From positions 14,266-78,265 of IMG/VR virus record IMGVR_UViG_3300037743_000134: a stretch of DNA of 64,000 nucleotides, one strand, 5' to 3'. Both the position numbers and the translations under genes were made by a program. This DNA comes from a virus (lineage: Duplodnaviria; Caudoviricetes). The number at the start of each line of letters is the position of its first letter. The stretch's first letter is position 1. Shown here in pieces: positions 29,366 through 38,093 of the stretch. The notes below the pieces were generated by a model. The model saw only the letters and a list, made by a program, of their open reading frames with translations, was not told the origin of the DNA and searched no databases.

Positions 29366-30540
29366 TGGCCCTCGACTCGCCTACCACGTCAGAGATATCT
29401 GACCAGATCATTGCGGGTCTGCAGGCGTCGATCGGTCAGACGATCCCGATCCTGCCAAAGTCTTTCGCGCGCGTGCTCGCGAAGGTGCTCGCGGCTGTCT
29501 TCATCCTGCTCTACAAATACGCCGGCTTCATATTTTTGCAGCTGTTCGTGGCGCACGCTTCGATGCGCGAGACCACGATCAACGGAACCCAGGTCAAGCC
29601 GCTTGTCGTCTGGGGCCAGCTTATCGGCGTCGGCGATCCAACGGTCGCCACACAAGCCGAGCTCGTCATTGATGTCACAGTAACCAACCAAACCGGATCG
29701 CTCGCCGCCGGCTCTCTGCTCATCCGCTCGGCGACCGGCATCGTCTACACGACGATCGCAGCGGTACTACTCGACGCGCCTACCGTGCAGGCCACGATGC
29801 GCGCGGTCTCCGATCAGGACGGCGGTGATGGCTCGGGCGTTATCGGCAACCTCGAGGCGGACGACGTCGTATCGTTTGCCAATCCACCGCCCAACGTCGC
29901 GACGGACGCGGTCGTAGTTTCGCAGGCTGTCACCGGGGCAGACGGTGAGCTCGAGGCGGACTACCGCGCGCGCATCCTGCAACGATTCCAAGCCAAGCCG
30001 CAGGGCGGCGCGTATGCCGACTACCGCGAGTGGGGCGAGGAAGTCGCAGGCGTCCTGAATATCTACCCGTACACGGGGCAGCTGCCGGGCGAGGTCGATG
30101 TGTACGTCGAGTCAACCGTGGCGATCGACCCGGATGGCATCCCGACGCAACCGATCCTCGACGACGTGTTCGACGCCATCGAGCTTGACGACGCTGGGCT
30201 CGCCTCACGGCGTCCCGCAAACGCAGCTGTGAACGTCTACCCGATCACGCGCGCGGAATTTGACCTCACGATATCGGGGCTCGACCCGGAAACGGCAGAG
30301 CTGCAAACCGACATCGAGACGGCGGCCGACGAATACTTGCGCTCGCGCGAGCCATTCATCGTTGGCTTGTCCGTTCTGCCGCGCAAGGATCGGATCATCA
30401 CGGCCGAGCTCGGTGGCATTGTCGCCGGCATTGTGCACGCGGCCGGCGCTACGGTGACGACGGTCACGCTGACACCCGGGCCGGCTCACACGCTGTCGCC
30501 CGGCGAAAAAGCGAAGCTTGGAACGACGACGTACATCTGA
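29365..30540 (+). CDS. Baseplate J-like protein (Mu gp47)
   Basis: GADGELEADYRARIL, PQGGAYADYREW, GEVDVYV. Confidence 0.92.
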   Translation: MALDSPTTSEISDQIIAGLQASIGQTIPILPKSFARVLAKVLAAVFILLYKYAGFIFLQLFVAHASMRETTINGTQVKPLVVWGQLIGVGDPTVATQAELVIDVTVTNQTGSLAAGSLLIRSATGIVYTTIAAVLLDAPTVQATMRAVSDQDGGDGSGVIGNLEADDVVSFANPPPNVATDAVVVSQAVTGADGELEADYRARILQRFQAKPQGGAYADYREWGEEVAGVLNIYPYTGQLPGEVDVYVESTVAIDPDGIPTQPILDDVFDAIELDDAGLASRRPANAAVNVYPITRAEFDLTISGLDPETAELQTDIETAADEYLRSREPFIVGLSVLPRKDRIITAELGGIVAGIVHAAGATVTTVTLTPGPAHTLSPGEKAKLGTTTYI

Positions 30541-30548
30541 GAAATGAT

Positions 30549-31451
30549 ATGGCTCTCGACCTAACAGTCACCTATTTCGGACAAGTCACGAGCGGTGACG
30601 CTGGCTATCCATTTGGGAAAGCCAAAAACGTTGTCGTGCCTGGGGACGGCGGCGGGACGCCATGGGAGCAGCAACTCGTCAACGACTGGTTTGGATTCTT
30701 CCAGGGCTTGCTCGACGGAGCCAGCATCACGCCGAGCGGCATCCCCGACACGGTCCTCGCATCAGACTACCTCGACGCCCTCGACGCACGCATCGACGCG
30801 CATGTCTTCGATGGGCTTGTCGTCACCAGCGGCGCGACGATCACTGGCGGTGCCACCATAGTGGGCGACGTCACGCTCAATAATAGCCTACTCATCGGCG
30901 GCAACATAACACTCTTGGGCGCACTGGTCGTGACGGGCAACGTGACGCTCGGCAACGCAGACACCGATGTGTTGACCGTCGAGGCAGGGTCGCAGTTCAA
31001 CGCGAGCGCGACATTCGCGGATGACATCTTGGTGCCGAGCACCCTAGCCATGTCGGGCGTCATGACCGTCACGGCCGGAGCGGTTGTGCTCGTCGATCCA
31101 GGGGTCACATGGACACAGGGATCGCGAATCGCCCTAAGCGGTGTCGGCCACATCCGAGAACGGCTGATCGATGGCGCGGACGCCGATTCGGCGTACGGCA
31201 TCGAGGATGCCGACATCATCGTGTTCAGCAGTGGCACGCCACGCACGTACACGCTGAATGCAACAAGCGCGAGTAGCGGCGACAAGATTACGATCATTCA
31301 CAAAAGTTCTGCGACGCTGACTGTGGCTGGTCTCGCAGCCGGCGGAACTCAAGCCATGCGCAACCAGAGTTCAGGCGACGTGCGCGTGATGACGTTTCAT
31401 TACCAGACGGGAACCGGCTGGCTCAAATCCTTGCAGAGCTTCGTTCCGTAA
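30549..31451 (+). CDS. Tail fibre protein (Mu gp49-like N-terminus)
   Basis: GKAKN..PGDGGGTP...VNDWFGFFQ baseplate anchor followed by beta repeats. Confidence 0.75.
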   Translation: MALDLTVTYFGQVTSGDAGYPFGKAKNVVVPGDGGGTPWEQQLVNDWFGFFQGLLDGASITPSGIPDTVLASDYLDALDARIDAHVFDGLVVTSGATITGGATIVGDVTLNNSLLIGGNITLLGALVVTGNVTLGNADTDVLTVEAGSQFNASATFADDILVPSTLAMSGVMTVTAGAVVLVDPGVTWTQGSRIALSGVGHIRERLIDGADADSAYGIEDADIIVFSSGTPRTYTLNATSASSGDKITIIHKSSATLTVAGLAAGGTQAMRNQSSGDVRVMTFHYQTGTGWLKSLQSFVP

Positions 31452-31452
31452 C

Positions 31453-31866
31453 TCAAATTGGTGGCACTATACATGTGCCTTCGCACACGCCCGGATCGAC
31501 GCAGCGTGTGCCGTTCTGCCAGTCGGCGTCATTGAATGGGGCGTCGTATTCGTCGACATGATGACAGACGCCGCGGCAATTGAATCCATCCACGCAGCCG
31601 CCGCCGTCGGTTCTGTATAGATCCTCAGCATCGCCAAGCGCATCTGCTGCGGCGCCAGCGTCCGCACCGGTCGCGTCCGCCTGCGGCGCATCCAAAGCGA
31701 CGCCCTGATCGGTGAGACCGGCATCAACCGATGCGCCAGTGTCGCCACTAGGCGCATCGGCTGAACCGTCGATGCCGCCACTATCTTCGTGGTCCGACGC
31801 CTGCAGCGTGACGTGACTCGTGCATGCCGCGAGCAACGCGAATCCCAGTAGCGCAGCCCGTCTCAT
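31453..31866 (-). CDS. Lipoprotein with DAG/DGG-rich linker and Cys-rich C-terminus (moron)
   Basis: MRRAALLGFALLAAC lipobox. Confidence 0.7.
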   Translation of the reverse strand: MRRAALLGFALLAACTSHVTLQASDHEDSGGIDGSADAPSGDTGASVDAGLTDQGVALDAPQADATGADAGAAADALGDAEDLYRTDGGGCVDGFNCRGVCHHVDEYDAPFNDADWQNGTRCVDPGVCEGTCIVPPI

Positions 31867-32348
31867 TCGGCCAACTCCCAGCCGCCGCATCGCTTCGTCG
31901 AAAACGCCTTGTCGGTTTTCTTGATCGTGACGATCGCTGGGCCGCTCTCGATTTCGTTTGCGACGACGTCGCTCAATTCACCGGAGAGTCCGCGCAGCCG
32001 CGACCAGTAGCAGCCCGACTGAGCATCAACGTTGCCGCGGTACGTTCCAGGCACGATGTCCTTGCCGACCAGAAACGTCCCGTCGCCTGGCATCTTGTTT
32101 GCGGGACCGACAGGCTCGGGCGGCGCGACCGGTTCAGGTTCCGGAGCGGGCTCAGGCGTAGGCGCCTGCGCCAGAATTTGCGCGGCCGGCTCCGCGTGTA
32201 CGACGGTACTCTTCTGCGGACCGATGGCGGCACCGATTGCAGCGAGACCGCCGCACATCAAGAGCGTCGCTACGACGCCTCCGCCAAGTATCCAGGGCCA
32301 GCGTGGCTTTGATTTTGCTGTTACGATTGTTGGGCTCATGGGAGTCAC
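31863..32348 (-). CDS. Membrane-anchored extracytoplasmic protein (moron)
   Basis: N-terminal TM, Pro/Glu linker, domain GDGTFLVGKDIVPGTY...CYWSRL...CGGW; AGGAAGG RBS. Confidence 0.75.
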   Translation of the reverse strand: MTPMSPTIVTAKSKPRWPWILGGGVVATLLMCGGLAAIGAAIGPQKSTVVHAEPAAQILAQAPTPEPAPEPEPVAPPEPVGPANKMPGDGTFLVGKDIVPGTYRGNVDAQSGCYWSRLRGLSGELSDVVANEIESGPAIVTIKKTDKAFSTKRCGGWELAE

Positions 32349-32497
32349 CTTCCTGTGGGCGTGGGCCTCACCGGTGTGAACGACCGGCGGGGCCCTTTCG
32401 TTAGGGGCTCGTACGCAGGAGGCATGGTCGATCTTCCCCTGCCGCGCAACCGCTGCGCGCCTGAGCAGCGAACTTTCAGCACGAATACGGGTGTTGC

Positions 32498-33283
32498 GTG
32501 TCCCTCTGGCTCAGAATTTATCAGCACCTTTTGCCGTCAGGTTCCGCCTGGCGCATCACGATCGCGAAGACGCTGCGCTCGTTTTTCGAGGGTCTGCAGG
32601 AGGGTCCGGACGAGGCCAAGGACTTCGTTGACGGTGTCTACGGCGATGCGTTTCCCGAGACGACGCGCGAGCTCGCCGAGTGGGAGAAACAATTCGGACT
32701 CGACGCTACCGGCAACGAGGCAGCACGTCGTGTCGCGCTTGCCGCAGCATGGGCGGCGCAGGGCGGACAGTCGCCGCGCTACCTGCAGGACATGGTGCAG
32801 GCCGCTGGGTTCACCACGCTCTTCATCCACGAGTGGTGGTCGAGCGGTCCGAATCCGTACGTAGCGCGTGACCCTCGCGACTACACGACGCAACCGCTGA
32901 TCGGTAGCGTGCAGTGCGCAGGCGATGCATTCCAGTTTGCCGGTCAGCCGCAGTGCACGGGTTTCGACGGCAACGGGATTCCGCTAGACGGGCAGCCGCA
33001 GTGCAATGCTTTCCTGGCAAACAACCCGGGCTACCTCGTCAACAAAGATCTAACTCCGCGCGCGCCGCCGCCGGTACCAGACGATCCCGATTACTGGCCC
33101 TACTTTCTCTACTGGGGCGGCGAGACGTTTCCAGATCGCATTAGCATCCCGCTCGAGCAGCGCGACGCGCTCGAGAAGCTGCTGCTGAAACTCTGCCCGA
33201 TGCAGCAGTGGCTCGTGCTGCTCGTCGACTACGAGGCCGGCGCTGGCATCTTCGACGACACGTTCGACTTCACGTTCAACTGA
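32498..33283 (+). CDS. Baseplate/tail protein, Mu gp48 (DUF2313-like)
   Basis: YQHLLPSGSAW, FPETT..LAEWEKQFGL, GGQSPRYL. Confidence 0.82.
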   Translation: MSLWLRIYQHLLPSGSAWRITIAKTLRSFFEGLQEGPDEAKDFVDGVYGDAFPETTRELAEWEKQFGLDATGNEAARRVALAAAWAAQGGQSPRYLQDMVQAAGFTTLFIHEWWSSGPNPYVARDPRDYTTQPLIGSVQCAGDAFQFAGQPQCTGFDGNGIPLDGQPQCNAFLANNPGYLVNKDLTPRAPPPVPDDPDYWPYFLYWGGETFPDRISIPLEQRDALEKLLLKLCPMQQWLVLLVDYEAGAGIFDDTFDFTFN

Positions 33284-33297
33284 CCGAGTAACACACC

Positions 33298-34761
33298 ATG
33301 ACCGTTGTTGACCGCGACGCAGCGCAAGCATCTGCGATTCAGATCCGCGACGAGACCGGGACTGCGCTTAACACCGCGACCCGTGTCGGCACGGCGTTTC
33401 TGAATCTCGCCGACTCGTGCCTATTCAGTGGCGCAGCTGCGGATCTAGAAGATCGCACGATCACGGTAGAGTCGGTAGGCACCGGCGCTGCCGCCGGCCT
33501 CGTCATCCACAACCCGACCGCGGCAGGCGTAGGCGCGCCGCAATACTCGCCCGGCCTCGTGCTCCAAGGCGAGGGCTGGGAGACAACCGGTGGCACCCGC
33601 CGCGAGGTGTACGCGCGGCCGCAGGTCCGCGGCATTCAGGGCGCGAGCGTCGTGCCGCAGTGGGCGCTGGCACTTGGCTCAGCAGCCGAGGGAACGACGC
33701 CGGACGCAGCCTCGCTGACGACTCGTCTGGTATTCGACCAGACGCAGCTGACGCTGACGACCGACCCCGCGTTCATCGTTTCCTTTGCCGGGTTCGTTGT
33801 CCTCAAAACGCAGTCCGGCAACGACCTGATCATCGGCTCCGCCGGCAACGGGCCCGAGACGATCGTGCTCGACACGCTCGACAACACCGGCACGATCTCG
33901 CTGAACATCGGCGGCGTCACCGGGCTGCTGTTAGACGAGACTACCGCGGATTTTCAGGACAATGCGATCGTCACGACGGGTAATCTTGATCTAGGTATCG
34001 CCAGCAAGATTCGTTTCGGCGCGACGCCTATCGATGCGATTTTTGCGGACGGTAGCGACAATCTTCTCATCGGCAAATCTGGCGCGAACGGCGTCACCGC
34101 GATTGGCTACGACGTAAAGACGGGCGGGTCGCATATCTTCAGAGTCAATGCGGTTGATCAACTGACGATTGGCGGCACGACGGTCGACGCGCAGAACAAC
34201 GACATCGTCACGACGGGCAACGTCACAGCGGCGAACCTTGTCGCCTCGGCCAACCTCGCCCTTGGCGCTGCGAGTGTAATCACATTTGACTCGACGCCTA
34301 CTGGAACGCCGATAGCGGCGATGTTCACGGATACCGCAGAGAATCTGTATCTCGGCAGCGCGGGCGCGAACGGCGCAACGTCGATCATCTACAACGTCAA
34401 GACGGGCGGGGCGCACAGTTTCTTCGTCAACGGCGTCGGCACGGGAACGCACAACGAGAACGGTCTATTCCTGAACGGCTTCGCGCTGGAGCTTTCCGCG
34501 GGCGTGAACGTCAACGCCAGGATCATCGGCAACGGCGAGGCGATGATCGGCCTCAACATCGCGGCCAGCGGCGTGCGGAATCTGGCGTTGTTCAACGACG
34601 GCAGCGCTGGCATGCAGTCGATGGACGGTGGTGTCTACATCGCGAATGCGGTCGCCGCCCCGACCGGCAATCCGAGCAGCGGCGGGTATCTGTACGTCGA
34701 GGCCGGCGAGCTCAAATACCGCGGGCCGAGCGGCGCGATCACATCAGTGGGAGCAGCATAA
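33298..34761 (+). CDS. Tail fibre/spike-like protein with internal repeats
   Basis: Duplicated IVTTGN...GANG...VKTGG.H.F.VN unit; C-terminal GGYLYVEAGELKYRG. Confidence 0.65.
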   Translation: MTVVDRDAAQASAIQIRDETGTALNTATRVGTAFLNLADSCLFSGAAADLEDRTITVESVGTGAAAGLVIHNPTAAGVGAPQYSPGLVLQGEGWETTGGTRREVYARPQVRGIQGASVVPQWALALGSAAEGTTPDAASLTTRLVFDQTQLTLTTDPAFIVSFAGFVVLKTQSGNDLIIGSAGNGPETIVLDTLDNTGTISLNIGGVTGLLLDETTADFQDNAIVTTGNLDLGIASKIRFGATPIDAIFADGSDNLLIGKSGANGVTAIGYDVKTGGSHIFRVNAVDQLTIGGTTVDAQNNDIVTTGNVTAANLVASANLALGAASVITFDSTPTGTPIAAMFTDTAENLYLGSAGANGATSIIYNVKTGGAHSFFVNGVGTGTHNENGLFLNGFALELSAGVNVNARIIGNGEAMIGLNIAASGVRNLALFNDGSAGMQSMDGGVYIANAVAAPTGNPSSGGYLYVEAGELKYRGPSGAITSVGAA

Positions 34762-35186
34762 TGGCCGCAGGTGACGTAAGAAACGCGAGCACCAAGAGAG
34801 CACGCCCGCAAACAACCGACGACACGCCGACCGTCGTGTCCGCGTTGACGTACGCAAGCGTCCCGGATCTGACGTTGGTCGGCGTGCTTATTACCGGCGT
34901 TGCGCAGCGCACGGACGCGCCGGGCCTCGGAGCTTTCTACATCCACCATCGAGCTCGCGCTCGACGCTACGACGCTGACGGAACCGATCCGGGTTTAGTC
35001 GTGCTGTCGGGCGCAGACGACACACTAAACGTTACGGTTGGCGCCGGGACATATGCGATCGCCGTCATCGTCAGCACAAACGATCTGCAAGTGCAGATCA
35101 CAGGTGACCCAGGGGAAACCCTGCGCTGGATCTTGAAGGTCGAATACGAGTTAGTCGAGGAGACAGTCGACGTGGCGGCGGCGTGA
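34761..35186 (+). CDS. Fibre-associated hypothetical protein
   Basis: TAATG coupling; beta-rich, QITG...LRW. Confidence 0.6.
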   Translation: MAAGDVRNASTKRARPQTTDDTPTVVSALTYASVPDLTLVGVLITGVAQRTDAPGLGAFYIHHRARARRYDADGTDPGLVVLSGADDTLNVTVGAGTYAIAVIVSTNDLQVQITGDPGETLRWILKVEYELVEETVDVAAA

Positions 35187-35215
35187 TCGCGAGCAGACAA
35201 GGCAAGGGAAAAACC

Positions 35216-35425
35216 ATGCAACCAAAACCACCGATGCTTCTCCTCCCGCAACCGGTAGCGCAAGCGCTGGTGAACTACCTGCAGGAGCAGCCGTTCAAAC
35301 ACGTGCACCAGCTCATCGGCGCGCTGATGCAGCTGCAGCCTGCGCCGGAGCCAGCCGCGAAATCCGAGCCCGCCAACGGCGCCGAGAAACCTGCGGACGA
35401 GCAGGCCGAGGCGTCGGCGAACTGA
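35216..35425 (+). CDS. Small fibre-chaperone-like protein
   Basis: AAGGGA RBS; LVNYLQEQPFKHVHQLI. Confidence 0.6.
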   Translation: MQPKPPMLLLPQPVAQALVNYLQEQPFKHVHQLIGALMQLQPAPEPAAKSEPANGAEKPADEQAEASAN

Positions 35426-35448
35426 CCACGCTTTAGAAAACCAATCCC

Positions 35449-37647
35449 ATGGCACTGATCAACGATCCGGACGACCTATTCCAGGGCGCGACCACGGCCG
35501 TCACGGACGCCGTTTGGGGCACTCCTGCCGGCATGGTCGTCGCCATTACGTCGGCTGGCGCTGGCCTGCCTGCTACCGCGGCGGGCGACTTCTTCGAGGT
35601 CCGCGACCACAGCCAAGCAGTCAATAACGGGCTCTACCAGGAGAGCGGTGGCACACCGACGACGAGTTCGATCACAGCGACGAAGGTCAGCGGCTCGGCG
35701 CCCGTTGCGGCGGGCTCCGAAGCCGTAACGACGCTCGGCAACACGACGACGAAGAAAAACATTTTCTACGACACCGCTGCTCGGCGTGTGTACCTCGTCG
35801 AGCAAAATGGACTCAGCGCGGACGGTGTGCTTGGGCAAACCGTCTACAGCAAGATGATGATCGACTGGAAGGACGACGCCTTCCTGATCGCGAATGCCCC
35901 GTTTCCGATGCTGTGCATCGACGCCGACGCCGGCAAGTACCTGATCGGCACGGACGCCTCGGGCAATTTCAGCGGCTGGAACTGGGCCGACAATCCGACG
36001 CACTCGATCCGTACGCGCAAGCTGCTGCGCTCGATGGGCTGGAGCGAGGTCGACGCCAATGGGATTGTCAAAGCGATCTATCCCGGCATCGTATCGCTGG
36101 GATCGTTCGAGGATCCAACGAACGACCTCGCGTATTACCAGTTCGGCAACGATACGACGGTCAACGACACGGTCGACTTCGATTTCGCCGGACCCGTCAA
36201 CGAGGCGATCAAAACCTTCGAAGAAATCGGCAACCCGCCGACGTGCACTTTCGCAACGTCCAGCACGATCACTCGCGCGTCGGGCTCGTTCGTCACGGAC
36301 GGGTACAAAGTCGGCGGTCGCGTCACGGTACGCGGGTCGTCGACCAACGACGGCACGTATCTGTTGACTGCAGTTGCGGCTACTACGCTGACCGTAACAG
36401 GGACGCCATTCGACACGGGCGCGGACGCGGCCGCGCAGCTCGCTGTCGACAACCTCAACGCCGTGACGTTGCGTCTGCGCATTCGCGACGCCGACCCGAA
36501 CGGCAAGACGTTTAGCCAAGCAAACCTGGCGTCCGGCGGCGAAACCGTCCTGAGTAACCGGCTCTTCAAGTTCCCGCTGGCAAACGCAACCGACCTCAAG
36601 ATCGAAGCCAGCGACGCCACGATCGACGGCAGCGCGCCCTACACGGGCATGTCGATCACGTACTACGCGACGCCGCAATCACTCGGCGGCAGCGGCGTCC
36701 TCGTCGGCGGCCCGTACAATTTCGGGATCGTAATCGACGCGAACGACGGCACGAATCAAGAAGTCTACGAATGGATCCAGCGCCAGCTACGTAAGTCGAC
36801 GGACATCGACGCCGACGCGGACGTCGGCATCGGCCGCACGCTGGACGGCTTGATGCGTTTCGTTGGCGAGCAGCTCGAAGTCGGTAGCGCGGACGGCGGC
36901 TTGTCGTTCCCGACGAACCCGGACGGCGGCGGCTCCGGCGTTTTCATCTCGAATCTGAACGCCGCGAGCAAAAACTTTACGAGCTTCTACGACAACACGC
37001 CGGCCGTACGTTTCTTCCCGGTCAGCGTACCCGTTACGCTCGATTTCAACGTGACGCTCGAGGGCGATACGCTCGCCAAGTTTACGCTCTTTTTCGACCG
37101 CACGATTCGCACGTCCGTGACAGACCTCGTTATCACCGCGGGCACGGGTGCGAACGGGACAATCACGAGTGCCGGCAGCAACCTCCCAAACAATGCGGAG
37201 CTGACCGCGGGCGACTACGTGCGCATCGTGGGACTCACGGGCGGCAACGCCGCAATGAATGGCATCTACCAGATCACGACGGAGACCACGCCGGGCGCAT
37301 CGTGGGCGGTCACGCGCTACGACGGCACGACCATCACGACTACGTCGTCCGCTACGGCGAATGTGGACCAGCATCCCGTTGACTCACCGGACGCGATCAT
37401 CGTGAATGATGACCTGGCCGCCGATGTGACCGGTCTAATCAGTGGCACCGACTTTAGCTTCTCGTTCGACTATTCCAACAACGTACAAGGCGGGCGCACG
37501 TCAAATACGGATGCACAGGTGCTGTGCAAAGCGATCGGGCAGGAATCGGCGCAGTACGCGCAGAGCACGGTGCAGACGATTCAGTCGGGCGTTGCTCTGA
37601 CGATACCCGTGGTCGCGCAAACCGAGCGCAACTTCGCCAATCCATGA
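35449..37647 (+). CDS. Large structural/appendage protein with three repeated beta-barrel-like insertions
   Basis: 732 aa Thr/Gly/Asp-rich; ends ERNFANP. Confidence 0.75.
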   Translation: MALINDPDDLFQGATTAVTDAVWGTPAGMVVAITSAGAGLPATAAGDFFEVRDHSQAVNNGLYQESGGTPTTSSITATKVSGSAPVAAGSEAVTTLGNTTTKKNIFYDTAARRVYLVEQNGLSADGVLGQTVYSKMMIDWKDDAFLIANAPFPMLCIDADAGKYLIGTDASGNFSGWNWADNPTHSIRTRKLLRSMGWSEVDANGIVKAIYPGIVSLGSFEDPTNDLAYYQFGNDTTVNDTVDFDFAGPVNEAIKTFEEIGNPPTCTFATSSTITRASGSFVTDGYKVGGRVTVRGSSTNDGTYLLTAVAATTLTVTGTPFDTGADAAAQLAVDNLNAVTLRLRIRDADPNGKTFSQANLASGGETVLSNRLFKFPLANATDLKIEASDATIDGSAPYTGMSITYYATPQSLGGSGVLVGGPYNFGIVIDANDGTNQEVYEWIQRQLRKSTDIDADADVGIGRTLDGLMRFVGEQLEVGSADGGLSFPTNPDGGGSGVFISNLNAASKNFTSFYDNTPAVRFFPVSVPVTLDFNVTLEGDTLAKFTLFFDRTIRTSVTDLVITAGTGANGTITSAGSNLPNNAELTAGDYVRIVGLTGGNAAMNGIYQITTETTPGASWAVTRYDGTTITTTSSATANVDQHPVDSPDAIIVNDDLAADVTGLISGTDFSFSFDYSNNVQGGRTSNTDAQVLCKAIGQESAQYAQSTVQTIQSGVALTIPVVAQTERNFANP

Positions 37648-38093
37648 TGCGCGACTCCGTCGGCATCTGCTACGCCTACTCGACGCACGGTTACTACCGC
37701 ACGCAGTGGCTCTGCAATGTCACGGCATTTGCTCCGACGCTGACTTTCGAGCGCGGACTTCCAGACGACGTTGCGAATCCCGAGGGCATCATATCGGTGC
37801 GTACCGCCGAGGACCTGCCGCGCGATCACGAGCTCGTCGTGCTCTCGCCGCTCACGGCTCGCATTGTTCGCCCGACGATTGCGCTGCAAGACTTCGAGCA
37901 CCCGGCGCGCGCGGTCTATCTGTTCGGCTCCGACATGACGTTTCTAAGCGAGGTCGAGCTCGGCGGGCGTGTGCCGGATCACGTGGTCTATGTGCCAGTG
38001 GCGAGCCAACGCGAGTGCGACGAGGTCTACTCGTTCGTGATCGGCGCGCTCGTGCTCTATGACCGCTCGCAGAGGCGCTCGTGGCGATCCTAG
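37644..38093 (+). CDS. SPOUT (SpoU/TrmH-like) methyltransferase-fold protein
   Basis: ATGA-coupled; FEHPARAVYLFGSD...DHVVYVP...GALVLYDR matches the SPOUT knot pattern. Confidence 0.6.
   Translation: MMRDSVGICYAYSTHGYYRTQWLCNVTAFAPTLTFERGLPDDVANPEGIISVRTAEDLPRDHELVVLSPLTARIVRPTIALQDFEHPARAVYLFGSDMTFLSEVELGGRVPDHVVYVPVASQRECDEVYSFVIGALVLYDRSQRRSWRS

Noticed and set aside
32349-32497. Riboswitch/structured RNA in the moron leader
   Set aside because: Only short GC hairpins; no consensus I can match.
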